A stretch of 64,000 nt of DNA from Eledone cirrhosa. Taxonomy: Eukaryota. The DNA lies in NCBI GenBank assembly GCA_964016885.1, contig OZ024740.1:83328001-83392000 (forward strand), given 5' to 3'. This document shows, in pieces, positions 1-11,530 of the stretch. The position numbers were made by a program, and so were the translations under genes. Numbering within the stretch: the stretch's first letter is position 1; each line of letters starts with the position of its first letter. Under the pieces are notes generated by a model. The model was not told where the DNA came from, ran no database searches, and saw only the letters and a program-made list of their open reading frames with translations.

Positions 1-512
1 TTAGAGTCTTGTTCTCTCTCAACAGAACTAAAACAAGATCATAGAAAAATTCATACAACGAATATAGTTGTTTCAGTGGTGTGGTGGGAGGTCAAGTATG
101 TTCTGTTAGCCAAATAAACACCGTATTCCAAATATCTACAGATATATATCTTTCTTTCAACTACCCTATCAGAAAGACGTGAATCCAATATATACACGAT
201 AAACGAAAAAATAAGAAAATATCTAGCCATATTTTTTCAAATAACATTGGAAGCATTTTATGTGAAACAGATATGAAAACAAGTATTATAATGCTGCAGT
301 GATCTCGGAGACAAGATCCATGGAATGAAAGATGAAATATTGCAACAGCAAATATCTGCACGTAATAATGTATGAAAGATGTTGGCAGGTACAATATTCG
401 AGCAACCCTATCTTCAAAATAGTATTACATTTTAATGTCGAAACATATACACACCAAAAACGTTTCCAGCAACATGAGAATTCAAGTCTTATTATGAAAT
501 CATGTGGGACAC

Positions 513-698
513 AATAATTGTCTCTACTTTAGGCACAAGGTCAGCACTTACCCAGTGCATTACTGGTACTTTATTTTATCGACCCCGTAAGGATGAAAGG
601 CAAAGTCAACCTCGGCGGGATTTGAACTCAGAGCGTAAAGGGACTTAACTATGCTGGAAAGCATGGCGTCCGACCCTCTACTGATACTGCCAATCCAC
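513..698 (-). mobile_element. tRNA-derived SINE (Meta-domain-like, octopus-type)
   Basis: On the minus strand: A-box-like TGGCAGTATCAG, B-box GAGTTCAAATCC, central GCCTTTCATCCTTACGGGGTCGATAAAATAAAGTACCAG and an (ATT) tail. Nine related copies lie in the window. Confidence 0.85.
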
Positions 699-2515
699 AT
701 GATTCCCAATATACATGAGATCCTAAAGGAAGGAAGTAACTTGTATAAATAGCACCACCTGGTAAAGAAAGCCGAGACTTTATCTTCGTATGTCTGTGCG
801 CTAATAAATATAAACTATTCGATAAATAAAACCTCCTCGATAACGATAACTGTCCCGATTTCCAGTTAGAATACGTATTCAACGTAGATAAAATATTACA
901 AAAGTACTTCCAAATTAATATATCTCACAGAGATAAAGCGCAACTCAACACTTAGAGAATAAGTTCATATCTGATGCACAAATATTGCTGACTATCAATA
1001 GTAAATAATCAATTTGCGTTCAATATCCAAATCTCTAATTTCATAAATTCCATTCGGTTTGTTCATTATATTATTATTTTAGTCATTTAATGATATCGGT
1101 AAGTTCAGTTTGAATTATATATTTTGGATAAAATAAATGTTGATGATGAAGTGTAGCTTCAGCTGTGCATGTTTTCTGGGTGTGGCAAACACAGAATATA
1201 CAGCTTCAAATACTCCACGATTCCATCAAGCCTATATTTTCTCTGTGATAAGGTTTACTTCAAGGTCCTGTCTATCTATTTGAATAAGATAATAACTTTG
1301 AAATGGTATTCCTGGCTACTGAAATAGCCGAGTACATACATGGACGGTTAACATCCTGTATATGTATAAGTAACTTTACTTCTGAAAATACCTTACGATA
1401 TTAATATTCTAACATATTTCCAAGGTGATAAGTTTACTTTTCAAGGATTCGTAACAAGATGTAACAGAAGTGAAAACGAAATTCATTTGTTTCGTAAAAC
1501 TCTAAGATATGACTCCGGATGATGCGACCTCGAAATCAAAACAAAAGCTCTGATAGAAAATTAAATAACTTGCAAATTATCAAGGGAAATCCAAGAAGGA
1601 CAGTGTAGGTTTTTAAAGTTCTGTATAGCGAAACATTATTTAACTTGTAGGAAAATGCTGGGAGGTAATATTTCCATAAGTCCTCTTTACTGAAATTACT
1701 GGAAAATGGCAACATTTTGGTAGAAATATGGCCGCAATTTAAACGCTCATTCCCTCGATGATATTTCTCGGTTTAATTACAAATGCGAACACTATTTTAT
1801 GACTAGATTGTAAAACTATAGGAATGACATTCTAAATAGTTTAATTAATGTTATAGGTAGTCACTCTTTAGAATCTCATTTTTTGTTTAAATTGAATAAG
1901 TGTGAAGGAAATTACCATTTCCATTGTGTATATATACCAGTGATAATTAAATGTGTTCAGAACTATTTGATGCTAAATACAATGCTCACACTTATTTTGA
2001 AATACTATGTTTATAATCTACATTTTCGAGGCGTCTCTTGAATAATTTGCAATGCTGTTTAAAGTAGAATATGTCCTCTCCTCCAGTAAAATGTGATTTA
2101 TCATTAGTATGCACCAACGTATATTACAACGATCATTCGAGAGATTTGGAAATCGCATCTAAACTATGCGTGAATATTTATTTGTTGGGAATGATTTATT
2201 TATAACACCTTACATACGTTTCTTAGAGTAATATTGTTATATTTCGGGTTGTAAATAAATTTAGTTCATGATATGTAAAATATGTCGTTAGTCTTTATAG
2301 CAAATGTTGCCTTTTAGATGATCACATTTAATTATATAACGTGCTCAAGAAAAAAGGATAGAGATCTCTCATATGAATGATTCACGTGATAAAAATTGCC
2401 TTTTATATTCATAGAATTAGAAGAACATAAAACATATCGATTGCGCAAATGTTTTAAATAGTTTTGATAAAGGAAGTCTGAAGCTGAGAGTCACGTCAGC
2501 AAGATTGTTGAAATA

Positions 2516-2700
2516 ATTGTTTCTACTTTTTGGCAATTACCCACAATTACACAGCGCATTACTGGTACTTTATTTTATCGACCCCGTAAGGATGAAAGGC
2601 AAAGTTAACCTCGGCGGGATTTGAACTCAGATCATAAAGGGACATAACTATGCTAGAAAGCATGGCGTCTGAACCTCTACCGATACTGCCAATTCACCAC
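2516..2700 (-). mobile_element. tRNA-derived SINE with 16-bp TSD
   Basis: Same family. Flanked by the direct repeat CAAGATTGTTGAAATA at 2500-2515 and 2701-2716. Confidence 0.9.
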
Positions 2701-3157
2701 CAAGATTGTTGAAATACTGAAATCAATTTACACCGGTGTATAGAGATACGATATTTATTTAGGCGTAGATAAAGTAACATCTGCGGATATATTTTTGAAT
2801 GTATTTGGAAAAATATTTTGAAGTTTTTATGGACTAATATTTGAAAGAAATAGAATTTTACATGATTCAATTTATATATTTTCTTATGTTTTGCCTACTT
2901 AGCGGAATATTACAAATACACTTAGAATGTATATTCCTTTTTATAAGGAAACATTGTTTACCAGAATTCGAAAGATGATAATCTTCAGAATTGCGATCAT
3001 GGTTTCTTCTTTCAAATTATATCCCCATTTAAGATAATATGAATATCATTTGATAAAAGTTTCCACTCTGAAGATATAGATATTGATGAGGCACACTAAA
3101 TGCTACAACAATTATACGTATCTATCTACACACACACACAGAGGCTCACACACACAG

Positions 3158-3189
<32 letters not shown>

Positions 3190-3564
3190 ATGTGTGTGTG
3201 TGTGTGTGCGTGGGTGTGGGTGTGCGTGTGTGTATGTATGTGTGTGTGTGTGTGTGTCTGTGTGTACTTTATTATAGTTTATCCACGATTAACATTAGTT
3301 TGCATTTTCACCTGTCTACTCAGAGTGACTTCAATCAAAGCTACATATCCACACAGTATAAATATGGAAATAGTAGTGGGGGAGTAGGATAGATGGATGG
3401 TTTTGAAACGGATGCGTAAACTCATTCTCCCTACCCTACATAACCATACTATTCTAAAACAGTTATCGTTCGACGCACTGAATGATGTTACGAGGTCCGT
3501 TTCATTTGGATTGTATTTCAGAGATATGACTGTAGTATAAATAGATTTTAAAAAGTCGAGGTCA

Positions 3565-3778
3565 GTGTTTTAGCACATGTACAAAGGTTATTTGCATATT
3601 ACAATTGTTTCGATATCGATTAGTTCAGGGTACAATCGAGGTGACAGTGTCCAGGGACGTGTTCGACGTCTTGTCAGATATCCGAGCTTATATGTGCATA
3701 GACACATTTACACTGATTGTACCCTGAGCTAATAAATATCGAAACAATTGTGATATGAAAATAACGTTTGCAACACTA
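3565..3778. mobile_element. MITE-like fold-back element
   Basis: Imperfect inverted arms ACAATTGTTTCGATAT..TAGTTCAGGGTACAATC (about 3601-3637) and GATTGTACCCTGAGCTA..ATATCGAAACAATTGT (about 3715-3751), extending outward imperfectly. Confidence 0.5.
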
Positions 3779-3796
3779 ACTTCAACACTATATATA

Positions 3797-3990
3797 GGCA
3801 TGTGGCTGAGTGATTAGAGAATTGGATTCACAGTCTTGAGTTCGATTCCTGGACCAGGCGATGCGTTATGTCCTTGAGCAAGACACTTTATTTCACGTTG
3901 CTCCTTCTACCTGGATTTGCGACCGATAGATAGTACTAGCAACTGGAAAGACCGACGGGAACATTGTTTCCTCGGTCCGATTTGAGGAAA
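3797..3990 (+). mobile_element. second tRNA-derived SINE family (CORE/V-like domain)
   Basis: A box TGGCTGAGTGA and B box GAGTTCGATTCC, followed by GTCCTTGAGCAAGACACTT, which resembles the CORE/V-SINE domain. Confidence 0.6.
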
Positions 3991-4001
3991 GTCGATCGAT
4001 C

Positions 4002-4050
<49 letters not shown>

Positions 4051-4238
4051 ATGTGTATGTGTGTGTGTGCATGTGTGTGTGTGTATATGTGTGTGGGTGT
4101 GGGTGTGTGGGTGTGTGTGTGTATGTGTGTGTGTGTGTGTATGCTTGCGTGTGTGCGTGTGTGTGTGTGTGTGTGTGTCGCATCAAATTTATATTTCAAA
4201 TGAAAAACTGACATGGTTCTCATGTATTCTGTGATAGG

Positions 4239-4806
4239 GGTATCCTTCGAATCATCATTCAATTTCAAGTACATTGCTGAATATTTACTACAAATATCAA
4301 TTTTCCTCGTATTCTACATGTTTCAACAAAGGGTTCTTCTGTGAATGCTTAGAAAAGAATTAAGCTGGTTGGTCTGCAATACATATATTCGATATTGATA
4401 TGATTCACTGCAATCCTATATTTTAGACGTTTAATCAGGAATCATTATATAAGGGCGGTGGATTGGCAGTATCAGTAGAGGGTCGGACGCCATGCTTTCC
4501 AGCATAGTTACGTCCCTTTACGATCTGAGTTCAGATCCTGCCGAGGTTGACTTTGCCTTTCATCCTTACGGGGTCGATAAAATAAAGTACCAGTAATGCA
4601 CTGGGTAATTGCTGGCCTTGTGCCTAAACTAGAAACAATTATATATTGCGGCTTCTCTGGTGGACACGGCTAGGTTAGGTACATTACGCACCGTCGGGAT
4701 AGAAAAATGCCTGTACATTATTAAATTTCAATACGAACATTTCCTTGATTTAGGTTTCATAACAATAAACGTCCATCTATGTTACTCCTGCAAAGTTTAT
4801 ATATCA

Positions 4807-4856
<50 letters not shown>

Positions 4857-5478
4857 GAAAGAAGGTTTACATGGTTTGCTATACAAAAAAATGTTTAATC
4901 ACATAGCTTACATTTGTTTTTCACGCCGTAACATTAGATACATTATATACCCCCCACCTAAGTAATGTCAGGGTCTCCTTAAATAGTTTATTGATAGCAT
5001 TGTTGTAATAATTGTTGTTGTTATTGTTCTAATTGAATGCCATAACTACTCCATATTTTCTTTTCTTTTCTTGCCTGTGTATTTTCTTCATTCTCGCATG
5101 CTCCGAAGATCTGACTGGTTATAATTCTGTATTGGCGATCGAGTGACGTATGTCGAAATGTCGTAATACGAAATGTTCGTATTGAAATTTAATAATGTAC
5201 AGGCATTGTTATATCCCGACGGCGCGTAATGTACCTAACCTAGCCGTGTCCACCAGAGAAGCCGCAATATATAATGATTCCTGATTAAACGTCTAAAATA
5301 TAGGATTGCAGTGAATCATATCAATATCGAATATATGTATTGCAGACCAACCAGCTTAATTCTTTTCTAAGCATTCACAGAAGAACCCTTTGTTGAAACA
5401 TGTAGAATACGAGGAAAATTGATATTTGTAGTAAATATTCAGCAATGTACTTGAAAATGAATGATGATTCGAAGGATA
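4239..5478. repeat. long inverted repeat (about 310-bp arms; left arm interrupted by a SINE)
   Basis: 4239-4743 with the SINE removed is the near-exact reverse complement of 5170-5478. Confidence 0.9.
4452..4637 (+). mobile_element. tRNA-derived SINE with 8-bp TSD
   Basis: Full family consensus. TSD ATTATATA at 4444-4451 and 4638-4645. The empty site is visible in the partner inverted-repeat arm. Confidence 0.9.
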
Positions 5479-5516
5479 CAGCTAAGTGTTTTTTTAGGCA
5501 TCATATCATGTTTCCC

Positions 5517-5588
5517 TATTTTATCTGATGAGAACGCAAATATCGCGCCAGGATGATATTTGATTTTTGAAATGCACATAATAAAATA
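5517..5588 (+). ncRNA. minimal type I hammerhead ribozyme (family D)
   Basis: Stem I TATTTTAT/ATAAAATA; CTGATGA 5525-5531; stem II CAAATATC/GATATTTG; GAAA 5569-5572; short stem III TGCACA; UA cleavage site. Confidence 0.75.
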
Positions 5589-5634
5589 TATATATATATA
5601 AGAAGAAATTAAAAGATGGTTAAAAAAGTTCTTT

Positions 5635-5708
5635 CTATTTTATTATATGCATTTCAAAAATCAAATATCATTCTGGCGCAATATTTGCGTTCTCATCAGA
5701 TAAAATAG
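5635..5708 (-). ncRNA. minimal type I hammerhead ribozyme (family D, inverted copy)
   Basis: Minus strand reads CTATTTTAT-CTGATGA-stem II-GAAA-TGCATA-TA-ATAAAATAG, giving a 9-bp stem I and palindromic ATGCAT in stem III. Confidence 0.8.
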
Positions 5709-6462
5709 GGAAACATGATATGATGCCTAACAAAACACCTGTGAACAAGGTAGTGTCTAGTCAACATATGATAAATAAATTTAAAAGGATATAGAAGATT
5801 GGAAAAAAGGGAAGGAAGAGGACGAAAGGAAAAAAGGAGAGGATAACGGAGGAAGAGTATCAGAAGGAAGGAGGAGAGAGAAAGAGAAAGGAGAGAGAGA
5901 GAGAGAGAGAGAGAGATAAACATTTAAATTGAAAAACGCTGTCACCATTGAAAACTAACTGAATAACGGCTGTAAATTTATAAATAAATTAAAAGATTTA
6001 AAAATTGATGAGATTAAAAATTGCTTGATGATGTTTATGATTACAGATATAGAAATTAAGTATACTATTTATTTCGCGTTTATATACTGAGTTTATTAAG
6101 AGATGCGAAAATGTTTTATTAAAATGTATTATTAGAATAAGGTAAGGTGAATAAAAATAAAATTAAATGATTTATAAGCTTAGAAGACACTATAGCGTCC
6201 TAGTTTGTTTTTAATAGATTGTAATTGAAAAAGTATTTATGTGAAAAGGTAATTATTTAAGCAAAGACAATTCCAGAAAGAGAGAAGAAGAAAACGAGGA
6301 AGAAAACCAATGACGTCAAAATTGGTTTACAAAGTTCAACTAACGATCTTTTAATTAACCATCTTTTAATTTCTTCTTATATATACTCCAGTCCAATAAA
6401 CTGTTGATGCTACTTATCCGATATTTGCATTGCTTTATTGTTCTACTATAAAACTCACCTCC

Positions 6463-6527
<65 letters not shown>

Positions 6528-6602
6528 GTATGCTTGCTGCTCATTGATCTGTCCAGTTCATTTGTCTACCAGCATATCATGAGGTATTATACATCTCTTA
6601 TG

Positions 6603-6679
6603 TATTTTGTCTGAAGAGGACATGTTTGGTTTATGTTATACATGAAACTTTCTGTCTTTGAAATATATATAATGAAATA
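6603..6679 (+). ncRNA. minimal type I hammerhead ribozyme (family B)
   Basis: TATTTTGT-CTGAAGA-GGACA..TGTCT-T-GAAA-TATATA-TA-ATGAAATA. Stem I is 8 bp with two G-U wobbles. Confidence 0.7.
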
Positions 6680-6736
6680 AAGAGATGATATAAAGCATAT
6701 ATATTTCGTTTATTACTATTATTATTATAATAATAT

Positions 6737-6927
6737 GACGGTGGATTGGCAGTATCGGTACAGAGTCGGACAGCATGCTTTGACGCATAGAGTTACGGCC
6801 CTTTCCATTCTGAGTACAAACCCCGCCGAGGTCAACTTTGCCTTTCATCCTTACGGGATGGATAAAATAAAGTACCAGTAATGTACTGAATAATTGCTAG
6901 CCTTGTGCCAACTGTAGAAACAATTAT
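6737..6927 (+). mobile_element. tRNA-derived SINE
   Basis: Family consensus; tail-to-tail with the next copy. Confidence 0.85.
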
Positions 6928-6930
6928 TAT

Positions 6931-7121
6931 AATAATTGTTTCTACTTTAGCCACAAGGCCAGCAATTATCCAGTGTATTACTGGTACTTTCTTTTATCAA
7001 CCCCGTAAGGATGAAAGGCAAAGTCAACCTCGGCGGGATTTGAACTCAGATCGTAAAGGGACGTAACTATGCTGGAAAGCATGGCGTCCGACCCTCCACC
7101 GATACTGCCAATCCACCGCCC
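6931..7121 (-). mobile_element. tRNA-derived SINE
   Basis: Full family consensus on the minus strand. Confidence 0.9.
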
Positions 7122-7182
7122 TATTATAATAATACTCCGGATAAATATACTTTCAGACGTCAATCATCTGGCAAGAAGGTAT

Positions 7183-7225
7183 GCGGTGCTGACGATAGCT
7201 AATAAGCTTGAAACTAGTACATCGC
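7183..7225 (+). ncRNA. minimal type I hammerhead ribozyme (family C)
   Basis: GCGGTG-CTGACGA-tAGCTaataAGCTt-GAAA-CTAG-TA-CATCGC. Stem III is the palindrome ACTAGT, typical of dimer-acting minimal HHRs. Confidence 0.8.
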
Positions 7226-7552
7226 TCCTTTGTCAGTGTTGAACAAAAGGGCAACGATGGTTGCTAAACACTGTACGGCTTAATTCTGGGTGTTTGTTTA
7301 CAAACAAACCGAGCATTATAATAAATGTTCGGTAAATCCATACGTACTTATATATATGTGTGCGTGTATGTATATATACACATACTACTCTACGTCTGTA
7401 TACATATATGTATGTACGTATACATACTTATATATATATACATATATATATAAACATGTATTTCACCAAGAACAATATAAATATCTGTTAGAATATATAT
7501 ATATATATATACAATATTAAATAAATGGAAACTATATTTATAAAACCATATT

Positions 7553-7618
7553 TATTTCATTATATATATTTCGGGGATATCATATTAACAATATGCTATG
7601 CCTTCCTCAGACAAAATA
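7553..7618 (-). ncRNA. minimal type I hammerhead ribozyme (family B)
   Basis: Reverse complement of the 9179-9244 motif. Confidence 0.7.
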
Positions 7619-9178
7619 CAATATAAACAGTTTTATAGATAAATAGATTCGACATACCGTTATAACACCGACTTCCATTTGAAGAGGTTTAAGCTGGCAG
7701 TGAAAAAATTTTACACAGAGAGAAAGAAAGAGAGAAAAAAGAAAGAAAGACAGAAAACGGAGAAAAGAAAGAAAAAGAAGAAATGCATGGAACAAAATAG
7801 AGAGATGGAAAGATAGATAAAGCGAAGAACTTCATGTAAAGAAACAGAAAGAGATATATATATATAGAGAGAGAGGAAATAGAGATAGATACATATATAT
7901 ATAGAAAATTAGGTAGTGGGAGGTCATTTTGAGTAAATGTATCAATGATACATTTATTTATTTATTTATTTATTTAGCTCAAGTATTAATGTAAGCCCAA
8001 GTATTAATGCTCTCTATTTCTGCTTGATAGATAATCTTGTAGAGTAAAGACAGGAATAATAATACACATATATGTATGCTCATGAACTTGGCAATATATT
8101 GTCAATTAACTTTGAAGGGTTGATCTTTGTGGTTTATTTTTATTTTTATTTTTTATTATTGTAGTATTTTTTATTTTTATTTTTATTTTTATTTTTAATA
8201 TCTTTAATATGTAAATTTTTAATACGTAATATTTTTTAATACGTAATATTTTTAATATGTAATATTTTTATTATGTAATATTCTTTCGTAATATTTTTTT
8301 AGTTTTCTATTTTATTATTACTTATTTTTACTTATTATTATTATTGTTATCTTTTTATTTTTTTAGTTTTGTTTCTGATATATATTTTTATTAGTATATT
8401 GAAATCTGCTCTCTATTTCTGCTTGATAGATAATCTTGTAGAGTAAAGACAGGAATAATAATACACATATATGTATGCTCAAATTTTTATACCACATTGG
8501 GAATGTTTTCCGTGAACTTAGAGTTTGCAGAGTGGATCATGTGGATTCGCATGGATGTTTGTAGCTGTCACATAAACATATGAATTTTTTTAAAACTAAA
8601 CATAAGATAATTAATTTTCACACACTATGGATACTTGTCTCATTCAGGAATACTGATATTTACAATATAGTATAAGTTTTATAAATACTAATACATTAAA
8701 ACATAGGGTTTTTACGCCTCGAATATATCTGGCTATTTTTAAATTTTTTTCTCTCGCTATTTTTTCCTCTCTCTATATTTTTTCTCTATATATATATCTC
8801 CCTTACATTAATACTTGAGCTAAATAAATAAATAAATAAATAAATGTATCATTGATACATTTACTCAAAATGACCTCCCACTACCTAATTTTCTATATAT
8901 ATATGTATCTATCTCTATTTCCTCTCTCTCTATATATATATATATCTTTCTGTTTCTTTACATGAAGTTCTTCGCTTTATCTATCTTTCCATCTCTCTAT
9001 TTTGTTCCATGCATTTCTTCTTTTTCTTCCTTTTCTTCGTTTTCTGTCTTTCTTTCTTTTTTCTCTCTTTCTTTCTCTCTGTGTAAAATATTTTCACTGC
9101 CAGCTTAAACCTCTTCAAATGGAAGTCGGTGTTATAACGGTATGTCGAATCTATTTATCTATAAAACTGTTTATATTG

Positions 9179-9244
9179 TATTTTGTCTGAGGAAGGCATA
9201 GCATATTGTTAATATGATATCCCCGAAATATATATAATGAAATA
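9179..9244 (+). ncRNA. minimal type I hammerhead ribozyme (family B)
   Basis: TATTTTGT-CTGAGGA-stem II (CATATT/AATATG; closing pair is A-C)-GAAA-TATATA-TA-ATGAAATA. Confidence 0.7.
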
Positions 9245-9374
9245 AATATGGTTTTATAAATATAGTTTCCATTTATTTAATATTGTAAATATACTCCAAA
9301 TATTTGTCGAGTGCTTTTATATCAGTTATAAATATTTACTAGTTGTAACCCAACAATTTTAAATATAACTTTCC

Positions 9375-9459
<85 letters not shown>

Positions 9460-9617
9460 GTGAGTGAGTGAGAGAGAGACTTCTACAGGAGGAGAAATGT
9501 TTCATTTGGGAGGAATGTCCCGAATGAAACAGTTCTCGTTATGTAGAAGCCATTTCTATATTAAATATTTTATACTCTGCTATGTATTGAGTATATTTTG
9601 TAATATACCGTATGTTG

Positions 9618-10100
9618 AACACCAACAGTGTGAAACAGAACCTGTCAGCTACTCTCCCTTCCTTTGCCGAAAAAGAAGTAAGTGACATAGTCACTACATT
9701 AAAATGATAGCGCAAGGTCTTCAAAGGGTTTTTAATTAAACAAACGGTATATTACCAAATATACTATACATACATTCATGTATACATCGCTATTTCAGAG
9801 CACCAATCCTGATTTTTTATTTTTGCTGGACCGGTAATTGCCCTATATAATCAGTTCCTGATTATTACTGGAATTCTATAAGAATCTAGCCTCTATAATT
9901 TTCGGCAGAGGTCGGGGAGTTCGTTGCTCTGAGGAAGACCAGCACTGTGAGACACAATCTATCATCATCTCTCCCTTCCTTTGCAGAAAAATGAAGTAAG
10001 TGACATAGTCACTACTTTAAAATGATTGCGCAAAATCTTCAAAATGTTTCTAATTAAACATACGGTATATTACCAAATATACTCTACATACATTCATATA
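9618..10100 (+). mobile_element. diverged partial tandem (317-bp period) of the retrozyme-like family A
   Basis: Collinear with 32693-33064 (GCTATTTCAGAGC..ATAATCAG.TCCTGATTATT..AAGTAAGTGA..GTCACTACTTTAAAA). HHR remnants: GAAA-CAGAACCTG-TC at 9632-9646 and CTGAGGA at 9929-9935. Confidence 0.75.
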
Positions 10101-10120
10101 CATATATATAAATATATATG

Positions 10121-10208
<88 letters not shown>

Positions 10209-10647
10209 GAATAACAAAAAGATTAGCACGCTACATGGCAGACAACAATAATTGTAATCTGAGATTTTCGAATATTAATAATGATATTCGATTCTAAAAA
10301 CCGGCTCATTTTTAAAGCCATGTCAGTAGAATGAATCCCTCATTCCTGCTCGTGTGTTAGCATCTAAACAGAACTCCAGGCATTCATGTTTCTGGGTATC
10401 ACCCTACGTCAGTACAGTTCACTGTTCACCTGCCAACTGTCAGAACTAGTGAAAATATATGATATTTTCTCAAATATACAGTGACTGCTCAGGCTGATTT
10501 GCATATTAGCAGACAGACTGATCGGTGAGATCTGCATATTAGCCGGTCCGCTGATCAGCCAGATTTGCATATCAGCAGACAGGCCAGTCATTTTCCAGTA
10601 TACGAGCGAAAACATATATATATATATATATATATATAAAACTGCTC

Positions 10648-11494
10648 TGGATAAATACTCGATTGAGGCCGCCGCGAAGAGGCTACGTTCGGTTATTTGT
10701 CGGAGATTTCCCCATAAGAGCATTTATTCTTATAGCTTGTTCTCATTGATTTTTTATATGGTTAGTTATGCTAATTAGAAGAAGAAATAGTATATATTTT
10801 ATTATCTGATGATTCTAAAGACATGATTTATTATATAATGCTCTGATTGTTTAATTTATTAATTCTTCATAGAGCTTAAAAGTGACCAGTTGCAACATGT
10901 ATATATCTATAACTTTATGTATATGTTAACTTTTATATTTAATAATCTCCCAATAGGTTGAGATTAAATTTGGCGATATTTGGCTGCGCTTTCTAGCAGC
11001 AAGCCTACCCGCCGTAAGCAACCAATCACATTCTTTCTCTCTGGCTTGTCCACAGCCACATATCGTATCTTAGCCATTTTTGAATTTATTTTTGGCGGGA
11101 TCGGATTGAAAAACTAGATGTCTGATTTTGAGTTTGTCTCCTGATGAATCCTAACTCAGGACATTCCTATTATTTGGATGTCTAAAATAAGGAAGAAACC
11201 ATGGTAGAGATATAATTACGGTATGTGCGCATTTCTTCTAAGTTTAATTTTACACCTAATTGTGTATGGTTGATGGTATATTTAGTCAGTTTCTACATGC
11301 TGTCGAAATGTTGGATAAATACTCGATTGAGGCCGCCGCGAAGAGGCTACGTTCGGTTATTTGTCGGAGATTTCCCCATAAGAGCATTTATTCTTATAGC
11401 TTGTTCTGATTGATTTTTTATATGGTTAGTTATGCTAATTAGAAGAAGAAATAGTATATATTTTATTATCTGATGATTCTAAAGACATGATTTA

Positions 11495-11495
<1 letters not shown>
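10648..11495 (+). mobile_element. partial tandem pLTR-like element (664-bp unit plus about 185-bp repeat) with a hammerhead
   Basis: 10648-10832 recurs near-exactly at 11312-11495; an HHR lies inside the unit. Confidence 0.7.
11135..11212 (+). ncRNA. minimal type I hammerhead ribozyme (family E)
   Basis: TGTCTC-CTGATGA-aTCCT..AGGAa-GAAA-CCATGG-TA-GAGATA. Palindromic ACCATGGT stem III; the stem II closing pair is mismatched. Confidence 0.7.

Positions 11496-11526
<31 letters not shown>

Positions 11527-11530
<4 letters not shown>

Larger units (their letters stand above)
7510..9287. repeat. long inverted repeat (about 485-bp arms), each arm carrying a hammerhead; PLE pLTR-like
   Basis: 7510-7995 is the near-exact reverse complement of 8802-9287. 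The spacer holds a 74-bp direct repeat (8008-8081 and 8408-8481). Confidence 0.9.

Noticed and set aside
1-3080. Coding-like AT-rich sequence with few microsatellites
   Set aside because: No sustained frame or recognisable motif by eye; tBLASTx would be needed.
8575-8655. Minus-strand CTGAATGA..GAAA-ATTAAT-TA
   Set aside because: Stem I and stem II do not pair.
10806-10900. CTGATGA at 10806 (and at 11470, 21009, and 44767-44773 on the minus strand)
   Set aside because: No properly placed GAAA, UH and stem I, so not called as hammerheads.
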